Part shown: piece after piece, positions 38,226-47,503 of the stretch
How the letters are laid out: every line of letters begins with the position of its first letter
Numbering within the stretch: position 1 is the stretch's first letter
The notes under the pieces: generated by a model
The model's input: only the letters and a program-made list of their open reading frames with translations
Told to the model about the DNA's origin: nothing
Database searches by the model: none
Translations under genes and position numbers: made by a program
Origin: Thermoplasmatales archaeon SG8-52-3
GTDB lineage: Archaea > Thermoplasmatota > E2 > DHVEG-1
NCBI GenBank assembly: GCA_001595915.1
Contig: LSSG01000075.1
Coordinates: 1-53,493, forward strand
Direction: 5' to 3'
DNA: 53,493 nt

Positions 38226-38776
38226 AAAACTACCTCCACAAGAAAAGCGCTACCAAAAAGACAAACCATTGTAACGATATCTCCAAAAGTGGCAAGAGCT
38301 GGTCCAGTTATATTATCTGGGTCATATCCGCGTTTAAAAACAAGATAAATTATTACAATTGTCATCAAATTTAGAATAACTGCTGAAATCACTCCAGCAA
38401 TAAGTACAATTGATATTAATTTGATAGGATCAGGATATACTCCTAAAACAAAAGAGGTTAAATAGGCAAGCAGTCCAATGATTATTGAAACAAATAAGCT
38501 AAGAATTAAAGAACCCATTATATTTTGTTTAAGCTCCTCATTCCATAAATTTTCGGAATTGATAATTCCAAGATGATAAGCAGAACCCAAACGTGAACCA
38601 AAAGCTGTACTAATATTTCCTCTGAGAGCAATAATTGCTGGAACAACAACAATAAGACCAGGAATCTCCTTAAGAAGATCTATCATTACACCAAGAGTAC
38701 TACCTGCAACTATAGCACCTAATCCACAAAAAATGATTAGGGGGAGGCTCTGCTTCACCATTTCCTTTGCATACAT
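38222..38776 (-). CDS. MgtE-family membrane domain protein
   Basis: RGNISTAFGSRL; GYDPDNITGPALATFGD. Confidence 0.85.
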   Translation of the reverse strand: MYAKEMVKQSLPLIIFCGLGAIVAGSTLGVMIDLLKEIPGLIVVVPAIIALRGNISTAFGSRLGSAYHLGIINSENLWNEELKQNIMGSLILSLFVSIIIGLLAYLTSFVLGVYPDPIKLISIVLIAGVISAVILNLMTIVIIYLVFKRGYDPDNITGPALATFGDIVTMVCLFGSAFLVEVVL

Positions 38777-38812
38777 TTAAAGCAACCTCCATACTATAAT
38801 CACACTCCAAGT

Positions 38813-39718
38813 TTATAGATAGCATTTTCTATATCTTTCCCATTTTTGATCTATATGATTTTCAATTGCTTTTATTTTTTCAACATCTTTTTTTGGTATA
38901 AAAAGATGTCTAAACCGACCCTGATACTTAATCCAATCTTCGATTGGTTTACGCTTAATTTTCCCCTCTAAAATAAGTTTACTTTTACCATTAAATGTTA
39001 CTACTTCGTTTTCATATTCATATAAAGCCCAGGCACCAGTTTCAACAGCCATTGTACCCATTTCAACGGTTCTCTCCATACCAAAACGCCAACCTGGTGG
39101 ACAAGGTGCCATAATTTCAATATATTTTGAACCCTTGATACTTTTTGCTTTCTTAACCTTATTATAAAGATCCTCAGGATAACTCACACAAGTTTGAGCT
39201 GCATACGGAATATGATGAGACATAATTATTTCTCCCATTTCCTTTCTAAACTCAGTTTTACCACCAACTGTTGTAGTTGTCCAGGCAGCATAGGGTGTTG
39301 CTCCACTCCGCTGTATACCAGTATTTGAATAAATTTCATTATTGTAACATATATAGATAAAATTAGTTTGCCTTTCAAGTGCACCAGAAAGTGCTTGGAT
39401 ACCTATATCATAGGTTCCTCCATCACCCGCCCATGCAACAACTGTAGTATCTGTTTTACCCTGCTTACGAAGCCCCGCCTCAACACCACTAGCTCCAGCA
39501 GCAGCTGCTTCAAATGCAATGTTCATTGTAGGAATATCAAATGAAGTATTGGGATGAAGGCTTTCAATTACTGCTGTACAGCATGCTGGAACAATCATTA
39601 CCATATTTTTTCCTATTGCTTTAAAAACAGTACGCATCGCCATTGTTGCTGGACAACCAGGACACGCTGCACTTCCAGGAATATAGCATTCCTCACGAGG
39701 TAAATCCTTTATTGCCAA
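38813..39718 (-). CDS. porB: Pyruvate/2-ketoisovalerate:ferredoxin oxidoreductase beta subunit
   Basis: ACPGC, TPP motif AGDGGTYDIG...YNNEIYSNTGIQRS, PCPPGW. Confidence 0.9.
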   Translation of the reverse strand: MAIKDLPREECYIPGSAACPGCPATMAMRTVFKAIGKNMVMIVPACCTAVIESLHPNTSFDIPTMNIAFEAAAAGASGVEAGLRKQGKTDTTVVAWAGDGGTYDIGIQALSGALERQTNFIYICYNNEIYSNTGIQRSGATPYAAWTTTTVGGKTEFRKEMGEIIMSHHIPYAAQTCVSYPEDLYNKVKKAKSIKGSKYIEIMAPCPPGWRFGMERTVEMGTMAVETGAWALYEYENEVVTFNGKSKLILEGKIKRKPIEDWIKYQGRFRHLFIPKKDVEKIKAIENHIDQKWERYRKCYL

Positions 39719-39721
39719 ATA

Positions 39722-40885
39722 CTACACCTCCTCAAGTCCATACCAAATTTGATGGTCCTTTGCTTTTCCTTTGATTGCCTTCTTACACATTATTTCAATA
39801 TCGCCAAATGTAACGTCCTTTCCACCAAGACCTGCAATAAATCCATAAACTTTAGCATCAGACATCCCAAAAAGTGCTCCTTTGATTTCATTAAACAAAA
39901 CACCTTCATTACCAACAGAGATATTCCTATCAATAACTATTAAATCAGCCTTTTTGCTTAATTTAATAATTTCTTCTGTAGGAAATGGTCGAATTACCCT
40001 AACCCTAGCAAGACCAACCTTATACCCATTTTTCTGAAGATTATCAATTGCAACCTTACTTTCAGCACCAATTGCTCCCATTGAAAGAAGTACATACTCT
40101 GCATCATCACACTTGTAATATTCTAATAAACCACCATGGAATCTATTAAATCTCTTTTTCCAATCCTTTGCTATTGTAGGTATAAGTTCCTTTGCATTAT
40201 TTTGAGCATCTTGCATCTCTTTTCTTACTTTTTCATATTCATTAGGAAGAATAATATTTCCAAATGTAATTGGATTTTCAACTTCAAGTTTCCATTTAGC
40301 TTTTCGCTTAGGGAGAAAATCATCTACCTCTTTTTGTTCTGGTACAAAAACAGGCATAGAGGTATGAGACAAGATAAAGGCATTATAGCTAATCATAACA
40401 GGTAATGAAACTTGCTCGTGCTCACCTAATTTAAAAGCTTGTATTACAGTATCAAAAATTTCCTGATTGCTGCTACAATAAAATTGAATCCATCCAGTAT
40501 CACGTTGAGAAATTGAATCGTTTTCATCGGCCCAAATATTCCAACCTGGGCCAACCACACGATTAATGTTACACATTATAACAGGAAGTCTAGCAAGAGC
40601 TGCCCAATGAAGCATTTCATGCATTAGTAACAAACCATGTGAGGATGTTCCAGTAAACGTTCTAATTCCAGTTGCACTAGCACCAATACAAGCTGCCATT
40701 GCAGAATGTTCACTTTCAACACAAATGTATTCACCTTTGAATTCACCAGTATGAAGATATTTAGCAATACCTTCAACAAGTGTTGTTTGAGGAGTGATTG
40801 GATATGCTGCAACTACATCAGGACATGCCATAACAGCAGCTTTAGCCGCTATATAATTACCGGTATCAATCATAACTGAAGTCAT
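39722..40885 (-). CDS. porA: Pyruvate/2-ketoisovalerate:ferredoxin oxidoreductase alpha subunit
   Basis: AAYPITPQT, VESEHSAM, RTFTGTSSHGLLLMHE, RPFP, GLGGKD. Confidence 0.9.
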   Translation of the reverse strand: MTSVMIDTGNYIAAKAAVMACPDVVAAYPITPQTTLVEGIAKYLHTGEFKGEYICVESEHSAMAACIGASATGIRTFTGTSSHGLLLMHEMLHWAALARLPVIMCNINRVVGPGWNIWADENDSISQRDTGWIQFYCSSNQEIFDTVIQAFKLGEHEQVSLPVMISYNAFILSHTSMPVFVPEQKEVDDFLPKRKAKWKLEVENPITFGNIILPNEYEKVRKEMQDAQNNAKELIPTIAKDWKKRFNRFHGGLLEYYKCDDAEYVLLSMGAIGAESKVAIDNLQKNGYKVGLARVRVIRPFPTEEIIKLSKKADLIVIDRNISVGNEGVLFNEIKGALFGMSDAKVYGFIAGLGGKDVTFGDIEIMCKKAIKGKAKDHQIWYGLEEV

Positions 40886-41154
40886 TTCTTCTTACCCTCC
40901 CTTTCCATAATAATTGCTTTTACCTTACAAACATTTGCACAAATTCCACAGCCTTTACAATATTCAAAATCGATATCAACAGTATCATCATTATTTCTAA
41001 TTATTGTTGCTTCAGGGCAATATATCCAGCATCTTAAACACTTAACACATTTTTCTTTGTCTAAAATTGGTTTAAAAACTCTCCAATTACCAGTTCTACC
41101 CATAGCACCTTTTACAGGATAAGAAATAGTTGTTGAAATCTTATATTTCTTCAA
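40882..41154 (-). CDS. porD: 2-oxoacid:ferredoxin oxidoreductase delta subunit (2x4Fe-4S)
   Basis: TGNWRVFKP; CVKCLRCWIYCP; CKGCGICANVC. Confidence 0.92.
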   Translation of the reverse strand: MKKYKISTTISYPVKGAMGRTGNWRVFKPILDKEKCVKCLRCWIYCPEATIIRNNDDTVDIDFEYCKGCGICANVCKVKAIIMEREGKKK

Positions 41155-41726
41155 ATATTCACCTCTACTTGATCATATGCATCCTGAGTTGCTTTCACAT
41201 TTTTCTGAGATAAATCTCCTTTCCATTTCTCTTTAACAGTTTTTTGGATTGATTTAAGCGTAACCCTATCAAGTAATCTAGGAATAGAACCTAAAATAGG
41301 AGTATTAACCACTGGAATTCCACCAACTAAAATCTCATGTTTCAATGCAATACCTGTAGCATCAACAGTCGAGACATCAAATTTATTTGAAAAATCAAAA
41401 TCCTTTGGCTTTTTTCTTGTATTTATTAATATTTTACCATTTTTTTTCAATCCCTTTAATACATCAACAATATCCATGATACTTTCATCAAGTACTATTA
41501 CAATATCTGGTTCGTAAATCTCACTTCTAAGATGAATTTCTTCTTCAGAAATTCGTGCAAATGCTCTGACAGGGGCACCTCTTCGCTCAGCTCCAAAAAA
41601 AGGAAATGCTTGAACACCTTTGTTACCATCACTTAATGCAGCTGCAACTAGAAGATTGGCAGCAGTTACAGCACCCTGACCACCACGTCCATGAAAAACG
41701 ATTTCAACAAGTTTTCTTGATGTCAC
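41151..41726 (-). CDS. porG: 2-oxoacid:ferredoxin oxidoreductase gamma subunit
   Basis: FHGRGGQGAVT, FPFFGAERRGAPV; GTG start at 41726 after GGGAGTG. Confidence 0.9.
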   Translation of the reverse strand: MTSRKLVEIVFHGRGGQGAVTAANLLVAAALSDGNKGVQAFPFFGAERRGAPVRAFARISEEEIHLRSEIYEPDIVIVLDESIMDIVDVLKGLKKNGKILINTRKKPKDFDFSNKFDVSTVDATGIALKHEILVGGIPVVNTPILGSIPRLLDRVTLKSIQKTVKEKWKGDLSQKNVKATQDAYDQVEVNI

Positions 41727-41791
41727 AACGATACACTCCCGATTCTGGGAATGAAAATGTTGCATATAACTGTTTTGAATAAAAAGTAGAA

Positions 41792-42079
41792 TCATTGAAC
41801 ACTTTTTGTTTTATTTCCGATTTTTACTTCTTTATCTTTTCTATCATCGATTTTCAATTCAGTAATAACTCTTTTTGCACCATTCATTATAATTGCATTA
41901 TGAGCTTCATTAACAACCCTAAATAATGTTTCTAGATTTTCAGTTTCAATGATTGTTGCCATGTCATTTGTTACGAATTTTATATTATTCTTTTTAAGAA
42001 TATTTATTACAATTTTTACAAATTCACTAAGGCTTGTACCTTCTCCAACTGGTGCTATACTAAGCTGTGAAATAATCAT
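41792..42079 (-). CDS. MTH1187/YkoF-like thiamine-binding family protein
   Basis: MIISQLSIAPVGEGTSLSEFV...MATIIE...RVITELKIDDRKDK; GGAG RBS before ATG 42079. Confidence 0.85.
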   Translation of the reverse strand: MIISQLSIAPVGEGTSLSEFVKIVINILKKNNIKFVTNDMATIIETENLETLFRVVNEAHNAIIMNGAKRVITELKIDDRKDKEVKIGNKTKSVQ

Positions 42080-42126
42080 ATATTTATCTCCTCTATTTTT
42101 ACTTTTTAAAACCAAACATTATTAAA

Positions 42127-43461
42127 ATGTTTAACCATTTTGCTGTTCACCAATTAAGTAGTAAGCACATGGGAGAGGAATTGTGTATGACAATTGATAT
42201 ACGAGGTAAATTTATAATAGATGATATTAGACTTAAAGAAATAAATGATTTTCTAACTGACCCAAAAAATCAACTTATTAATGATCTTTTAACAGTTATA
42301 GAAAAATATGGTGGACCTGAAGAAATCAATAGAAAAGCATTAGACGCAGGAAAAATTGAAAATCTTATGAATAGATTAAGAAAAAAGAATTCTTCCTATG
42401 TTAGGGATTTAGAATGGTTAATTGAACAAAGAGACAAAGGTGCTTTTATAAAAGTTGATGAGTATAGAAATAAGATTTTAGGTAATAAAGCAAAAAATAT
42501 GAATTTTAATGAGGATTATGCAGTAACATTAGAAATTAGTGCATGTCAATATTTTGATGCTTTTATGACTCAAACTAGACATGCTTTAGAAAAAAAGGAA
42601 TTGATGCCTGGTCGTTTTATAAGAGTTAGATGTATGAAAGAACAAGAGGAGGATGACGATTTACTTGCAATGACTGCTGCTATGCAGATTTTAGGTGCAA
42701 GTTGGTGTGAAACACTTGATACAAAAGGAACTGATGGTTCTAATATTCATCTTGGAGGACCTGACACAATAACTGGTTATTTTGGGGGAGTAGGTCAACC
42801 TAACAATTATCCAATAAAATGGGTAGATGAATTTCTATACTATTATACCAATTATGGTGTTAAACAAGTTTTAAATATTAATCCTGGTACGATTTTTTTA
42901 GGTTACCTCCTTCATAAGATTGGAATTAATATAGAATTCAAAATTTCTGTTTATATGGGAAATGATAATCCTTATGCAGTTTTTTGGACACTGATGGCTG
43001 CAAGACTTTTTTCAAGAAAGGATGGTTCTACTTCTTTAATTGGTTTTAATTTTTCAAATTCTGTAAACAATTGGACTATTGAACTTAGTGATGAAATTAG
43101 AAGATCTCTAGGTCTTGAAAAATTTGTAAGATTTGAGCATCATATTCTTGAAACTTGGAAAAGTATTGTGATTCAACCATATAATCGAAGAGATGAACTT
43201 TTAGAAATTGCGCCAAAAATTAAAAACATTAGTGCAAAACATGAGGGCGGTGAACCTGAAATTGATTCAAAAAGAGAGCATCCTTCAGATATCCTTGATT
43301 ACTTCAGACCAAAAAATGATATTGTTGATAAAGGAGAGATGCAGTTTATTATACAAAATTATCTAGATAAACATGAAGCTATTAACAATACCGCTCGAGC
43401 TCTTACTGAAAAAGGACTATCATTTATTGCTGCACCAAATCTTCATCATAGAGGGAATTAA
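42127..43461 (+). CDS. Unknown enzyme-like protein, first gene of the hom-aor-aminotransferase operon (start possibly 42187)
   Basis: 444-aa soluble ORF with glycine/charged motifs (GTDGSNIHLGG, GYFGGVGQP, FKISVYMGNDNP, EHH, KHEGG); family not recognised. Confidence 0.8.
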   Translation: MFNHFAVHQLSSKHMGEELCMTIDIRGKFIIDDIRLKEINDFLTDPKNQLINDLLTVIEKYGGPEEINRKALDAGKIENLMNRLRKKNSSYVRDLEWLIEQRDKGAFIKVDEYRNKILGNKAKNMNFNEDYAVTLEISACQYFDAFMTQTRHALEKKELMPGRFIRVRCMKEQEEDDDLLAMTAAMQILGASWCETLDTKGTDGSNIHLGGPDTITGYFGGVGQPNNYPIKWVDEFLYYYTNYGVKQVLNINPGTIFLGYLLHKIGINIEFKISVYMGNDNPYAVFWTLMAARLFSRKDGSTSLIGFNFSNSVNNWTIELSDEIRRSLGLEKFVRFEHHILETWKSIVIQPYNRRDELLEIAPKIKNISAKHEGGEPEIDSKREHPSDILDYFRPKNDIVDKGEMQFIIQNYLDKHEAINNTARALTEKGLSFIAAPNLHHRGN

Positions 43462-43464
43462 ATT

Positions 43465-44496
43465 ATGAATTTTAAATTAGCGTTTATTGGATTTGGAACG
43501 GTAGGTCAAGGTCTTGCTGAAATACTATTAGAAAAAAAGGAAATGCTTTCTGAAAAATTTGATTTTAATTGGAGTGTTGTCGCAATTTCTGATGTAATTA
43601 AAGGATCAATTTATAATGGAAATGGCCTTGATATGCAAAAAATCCTTGAACTTGTTAAATCCGGTAAAAAGTTGGATGAGTATCCAACTGGTTTTAAGGG
43701 AATGAATAGTATTGAAACTATTACAAAAACAAATGCTGATATAATTATTGAGGTAACATTTACAGATATTAAAACTGGTGAACCCGCATTAACTCATATA
43801 AAAACCGCTTTAAATGTTGAAAAAAATGTTGTTTCCACAAATAAAGGTCCTGTAGTTAGGATGGCTTCTGATCTTTTGAAGCTAGCAAAAATAAAAAAAG
43901 TATTTTATGGTTTTGAAGGTGTTGTTTTATCTGGTACACCTGCAATTAATCTAGCAAAATTCACACTTGCTGGAAATATTATCACAGGTTTTAAAGGAAT
44001 TTTAAACGGAACAACAAATTATATTCTGACACGAATGGAAGAAGGAATGTCTTATGAAAAAGCGTTAAAGAAAGCTCAAGATCTTGGATATGCTGAGGCA
44101 GATCCTACTGGTGATGTTGAAGGTCTTGATGCTTTAGGAAAAGTTGTAATTCTCACAAATGTGGTTTTAGGTAAAAAAATAACATGGCAAGATGTTGAGA
44201 GAAAAGGAATTACTGAGATTACAAAAGAGGATATTAACAAAGCAAAGTCTGAAGGTAAAAGGTGGAAACTTATTGGAAGTGCTGAAATTCAAAAAGGAGG
44301 AGTTGTTAAGGCTAAGGTTTGGCCTGAAAAACTTCCTTTGAGTGATCCATTGGCAGGAGTTTCTGAAGCAACAAATGCATTAACATATTTTACCGATGAA
44401 CTAGGTCCTGTTACAATAGTTGGTCCTGGTGCTGGTCGTCGTGAAACTGGTTTTGCACTTCTTATAGATTTATTGGAATTAAATAGGATATCATAA
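43465..44496 (+). CDS. hom: Homoserine dehydrogenase (no ACT domain)
   Basis: GFGTVG, VVSTNKGP, GILNGTTNYIL, GYAEADPTGDVEGLDA..K, GPGAG..ET. Confidence 0.92.
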   Translation: MNFKLAFIGFGTVGQGLAEILLEKKEMLSEKFDFNWSVVAISDVIKGSIYNGNGLDMQKILELVKSGKKLDEYPTGFKGMNSIETITKTNADIIIEVTFTDIKTGEPALTHIKTALNVEKNVVSTNKGPVVRMASDLLKLAKIKKVFYGFEGVVLSGTPAINLAKFTLAGNIITGFKGILNGTTNYILTRMEEGMSYEKALKKAQDLGYAEADPTGDVEGLDALGKVVILTNVVLGKKITWQDVERKGITEITKEDINKAKSEGKRWKLIGSAEIQKGGVVKAKVWPEKLPLSDPLAGVSEATNALTYFTDELGPVTIVGPGAGRRETGFALLIDLLELNRIS

Positions 44497-44511
44497 TTTG
44501 AAGTTGATGTT

Positions 44512-46335
44512 ATGAGTAGCGGCTATACTGGAAGGATTCTTAATATTGATTTAAAGAATAAATCTACTAATTATGAAAAAACAAATCTTAAAGACACTAA
44601 AAATTTCATTGGTGCAAAAGGACTTGGAGCTAAGATTCTATTTGATAGACTAAAAAAAGGAACAAATCCTCTGTCGCCTGAAAACATATTAATGTTTACG
44701 ACAGGACCTCTTACAGGAACTATTGCTCAGACTTCTGGTAGAGGAACTGTTGTTACAAAATCTCCTCAAACAGGTCTTTTTGTTGATTCTCATTTTGGTG
44801 GTATTTTTGCAGCTGAAATGAAACGAGCAGGTTTAGATATTATAATTATTAACAACCGTGCTGAAAAACCTGTTTATATTGTGATTAAAGATGATATTAT
44901 TGAATTTAAAGATGCCTTAGATATATGGGGTAGGAAATGCCTAGAATCACATGAAATACTTCAGAAAAAAGAGGGAAAAACAAAAACCGTAGTTATTGGT
45001 CCTGCTGGTGAAAACCTAGTTAGATTTTCATCTATAACAGTTGATGGTCATAGACATGCAGGAAGGGGTGGATCTGGGGCAGTGATGGGGTCAAAAAACC
45101 TCAAAGCAATTACATTATCTGGTAGTAAAAAGGTTTCCTTACATAATGAGGAAGGATTCAAAAACAAGGCAAAGGAAGTACTAAAACAGATTCAAGAAAA
45201 TGATTTCGTTCCAAAGAGAAGAAAATATGGGACACCATATTGGGTAAAGGTGATAAACTCTGAAGGTTTCATTCCAACTAAAAATTATCAAGAAGGAAAT
45301 TTTGAGTATGCTGATGAAATAAATGCTGAAAGTATGCAAAATAGAATTGTTGATGGTGGGGGAGCTTGTTTCAACTGTGTAATTGCTTGTTGGAACAAAT
45401 CATCAATTAAATCAGGTCCTTTTAAGGGTATTAAATTGGTAGGACCTGAATATGAAACTATTGCTTTAATGGGCTCTAATCTAGGCATGAAGTCAATTGA
45501 GGATGTTGCTTATATATGTCATATTTGTAATGAATTTGGCATGGACACTATTTCTCTTGGTGGAGTACTAGGTTTTGCAATTGAGGCATATGATAAAGGA
45601 ATTATTACAGCAAAAGACCTAAACAATAATAAAATTGAATGGGGAAAGCCAGAGGAGATTTCAAAATTAATAAAAGATATTGCTTACCGCAAAGGAAAAG
45701 TAGCAGATATTTTAGCTGAAGGAACGAAGATTGCTGCTGAAAAACTTGGAAAAGCAAGTAAAGATTTTGCTGTTCATGTTAATGGTTTGGAGATTCCTGG
45801 ATATGACCCAAGAGGTACATTTGGGATGGGTCTTGCCTATGCAACTTCAGATAGGGGTGCGTGTCACCAAAGGGCTTGGACTGTTAAAGCTGAGCTTTAT
45901 TCGCCTGACCTAGAAAGATTTAGTTTTAAAGATAAAGCACAGATTGTTAAGGATGTTCAAGATGAGCGAGCTGCTTTTTTCTCACTAGTATTATGTGATT
46001 TTGCACCAATTTCAATTGAAAACTGTGTTGATATGTGGAATTTATCAACAGGTTTTGACCATTCCGTTGAAAGTTATTTGAAATGTGGTGAGAGAATTTG
46101 GAACCTTGTTAAACTTTTTAATCTTAGGGAGGGTCATAATCCTTCTGATGATAATCTACCCACAAGGATGTTTAATGATTCGTTTACAAATGGTTCAGCA
46201 AAGGGAATTAAAATTGATAAAAATGAGTTCAAAAAAAGTCTTGAGGAATATTACTCTATTCGTGGGTGGAATAATAAAGGTATTCCAACAAAAGAGAAAC
46301 TAAAAGAACTTGGTCTTGAAAAAATGGTGATTTAA
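44512..46335 (+). CDS. aor: Aldehyde:ferredoxin oxidoreductase family (tungstopterin)
   Basis: KSPQTG, IGPAGENLV, AGRGGSGAVMGSKNLKAI, CFNCVIAC, GPEYET, GMDTIS, DRGACH. Confidence 0.92.
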   Translation: MSSGYTGRILNIDLKNKSTNYEKTNLKDTKNFIGAKGLGAKILFDRLKKGTNPLSPENILMFTTGPLTGTIAQTSGRGTVVTKSPQTGLFVDSHFGGIFAAEMKRAGLDIIIINNRAEKPVYIVIKDDIIEFKDALDIWGRKCLESHEILQKKEGKTKTVVIGPAGENLVRFSSITVDGHRHAGRGGSGAVMGSKNLKAITLSGSKKVSLHNEEGFKNKAKEVLKQIQENDFVPKRRKYGTPYWVKVINSEGFIPTKNYQEGNFEYADEINAESMQNRIVDGGGACFNCVIACWNKSSIKSGPFKGIKLVGPEYETIALMGSNLGMKSIEDVAYICHICNEFGMDTISLGGVLGFAIEAYDKGIITAKDLNNNKIEWGKPEEISKLIKDIAYRKGKVADILAEGTKIAAEKLGKASKDFAVHVNGLEIPGYDPRGTFGMGLAYATSDRGACHQRAWTVKAELYSPDLERFSFKDKAQIVKDVQDERAAFFSLVLCDFAPISIENCVDMWNLSTGFDHSVESYLKCGERIWNLVKLFNLREGHNPSDDNLPTRMFNDSFTNGSAKGIKIDKNEFKKSLEEYYSIRGWNNKGIPTKEKLKELGLEKMVI

Positions 46336-46336
46336 G

Positions 46337-47494
46337 ATGCCAGAACTTAGTAGTGCATCAAAGAAAATCTATGGTGAGGCAGCTTTTGAAGTACTTGGAA
46401 AGGCTCAAGAGCTAGAGCGTAAAGGTAAAGAAATAATTCATTTTGAAATCGGCGAACCAGATATGGAAACCCCTGAAAATATTGTTAAGGCTGGAATTCT
46501 AGCAATTAAAAACAAAAAAACACATTATACTCCGTCAATTGGTATTTTAGAACTTAGAAAAGCTGTTCAATATGAGGTAGAAAAAACTAGAGGTTACAGA
46601 CCTGCAATTGAACAAGTAGTAATAACTCCCGGTTTAAAACCAGGCATATTTTTTTCAATGCTTGCTATAGTTAATCCTGGTGATGAGGTAATTTATCAGG
46701 ACCCTGGTTATCCAACCTATGGATCAGTCTCATCATATTTAGGAGCAAAAAGGATACTTGTTCCTCTCCTAGAGGAAAACGAGTTTCGTATGAATCCCGA
46801 TGACATCAAATCAAGAATTACTGAAAAAACAAAATTAATAATAGTAAACTCTCCACAAAATCCAACAGGATCAGTAATTACAAAATCTGAACTTGAGGAA
46901 ATCTCAGAACTTGCAGAAGAAAATGATATCTTCATAGTATCAGATGAGATTTATTCAAAGATGACCTATGAAACAGATCATTTTACTCCAACAAAAAGAG
47001 ATGAAGCAAAGAAAAGAACAATTCTTCTTGATGGTTTTTCAAAATATTTTGCAATGACTGGCTGGAGGCTTGGTTATATGGTTGCACCAGTAAAAATGGC
47101 TGAAAGACTTCAGGATTTTCTTGTAAGTGCTGTATCGTGTACTGCAGATTTTACTCAATGGGCTGGTGTTGAAGCACTTAAAGGTAATCAAAGTTTTATT
47201 TCTGAAATGATGAGAAGATTTAAGCAGAAAAGAGATAAAATTGTAAAAGGTCTTAATACAATTCCTGGATTTAGCTGTCTATCTCCTAAAGGAGCATTTT
47301 ATGCTTTCCCGAATATAAAAAAAACAGGTCTTACATCTAACGAATGTGCTGAGCATATTTTATACAAGGCAGGAGTTGCATGCTTGCCTGGTACTGCTTT
47401 TGGTCCATATGGTGAAGGATACCTTCGTTTTTCTTATGCAAATACACTTGAAAACATTGATTTAGCAATCGAAAGAATTAAAAATTCTTTTTAA
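46337..47494 (+). CDS. PLP-dependent class I aminotransferase (aspartate-aminotransferase-like)
   Basis: IGEPD, NSPQNPTG, SDEIY, DGFSKYFAMTGWRLG, GAFYAFP, LRFSYA. Confidence 0.92.
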   Translation: MPELSSASKKIYGEAAFEVLGKAQELERKGKEIIHFEIGEPDMETPENIVKAGILAIKNKKTHYTPSIGILELRKAVQYEVEKTRGYRPAIEQVVITPGLKPGIFFSMLAIVNPGDEVIYQDPGYPTYGSVSSYLGAKRILVPLLEENEFRMNPDDIKSRITEKTKLIIVNSPQNPTGSVITKSELEEISELAEENDIFIVSDEIYSKMTYETDHFTPTKRDEAKKRTILLDGFSKYFAMTGWRLGYMVAPVKMAERLQDFLVSAVSCTADFTQWAGVEALKGNQSFISEMMRRFKQKRDKIVKGLNTIPGFSCLSPKGAFYAFPNIKKTGLTSNECAEHILYKAGVACLPGTAFGPYGEGYLRFSYANTLENIDLAIERIKNSF

Positions 47495-47503
47495 ACCAAA
47501 TTT

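Noticed and set aside
36425-38776. Paired MgtE halves with paired PhoU/TrkA-C genes as a novel system
   Set aside because: A familiar conserved archaeal arrangement; nothing unusual seen
41727-41795. Extended N-terminus of porG
   Set aside because: RBS plus GTG at 41726 fits the family start better
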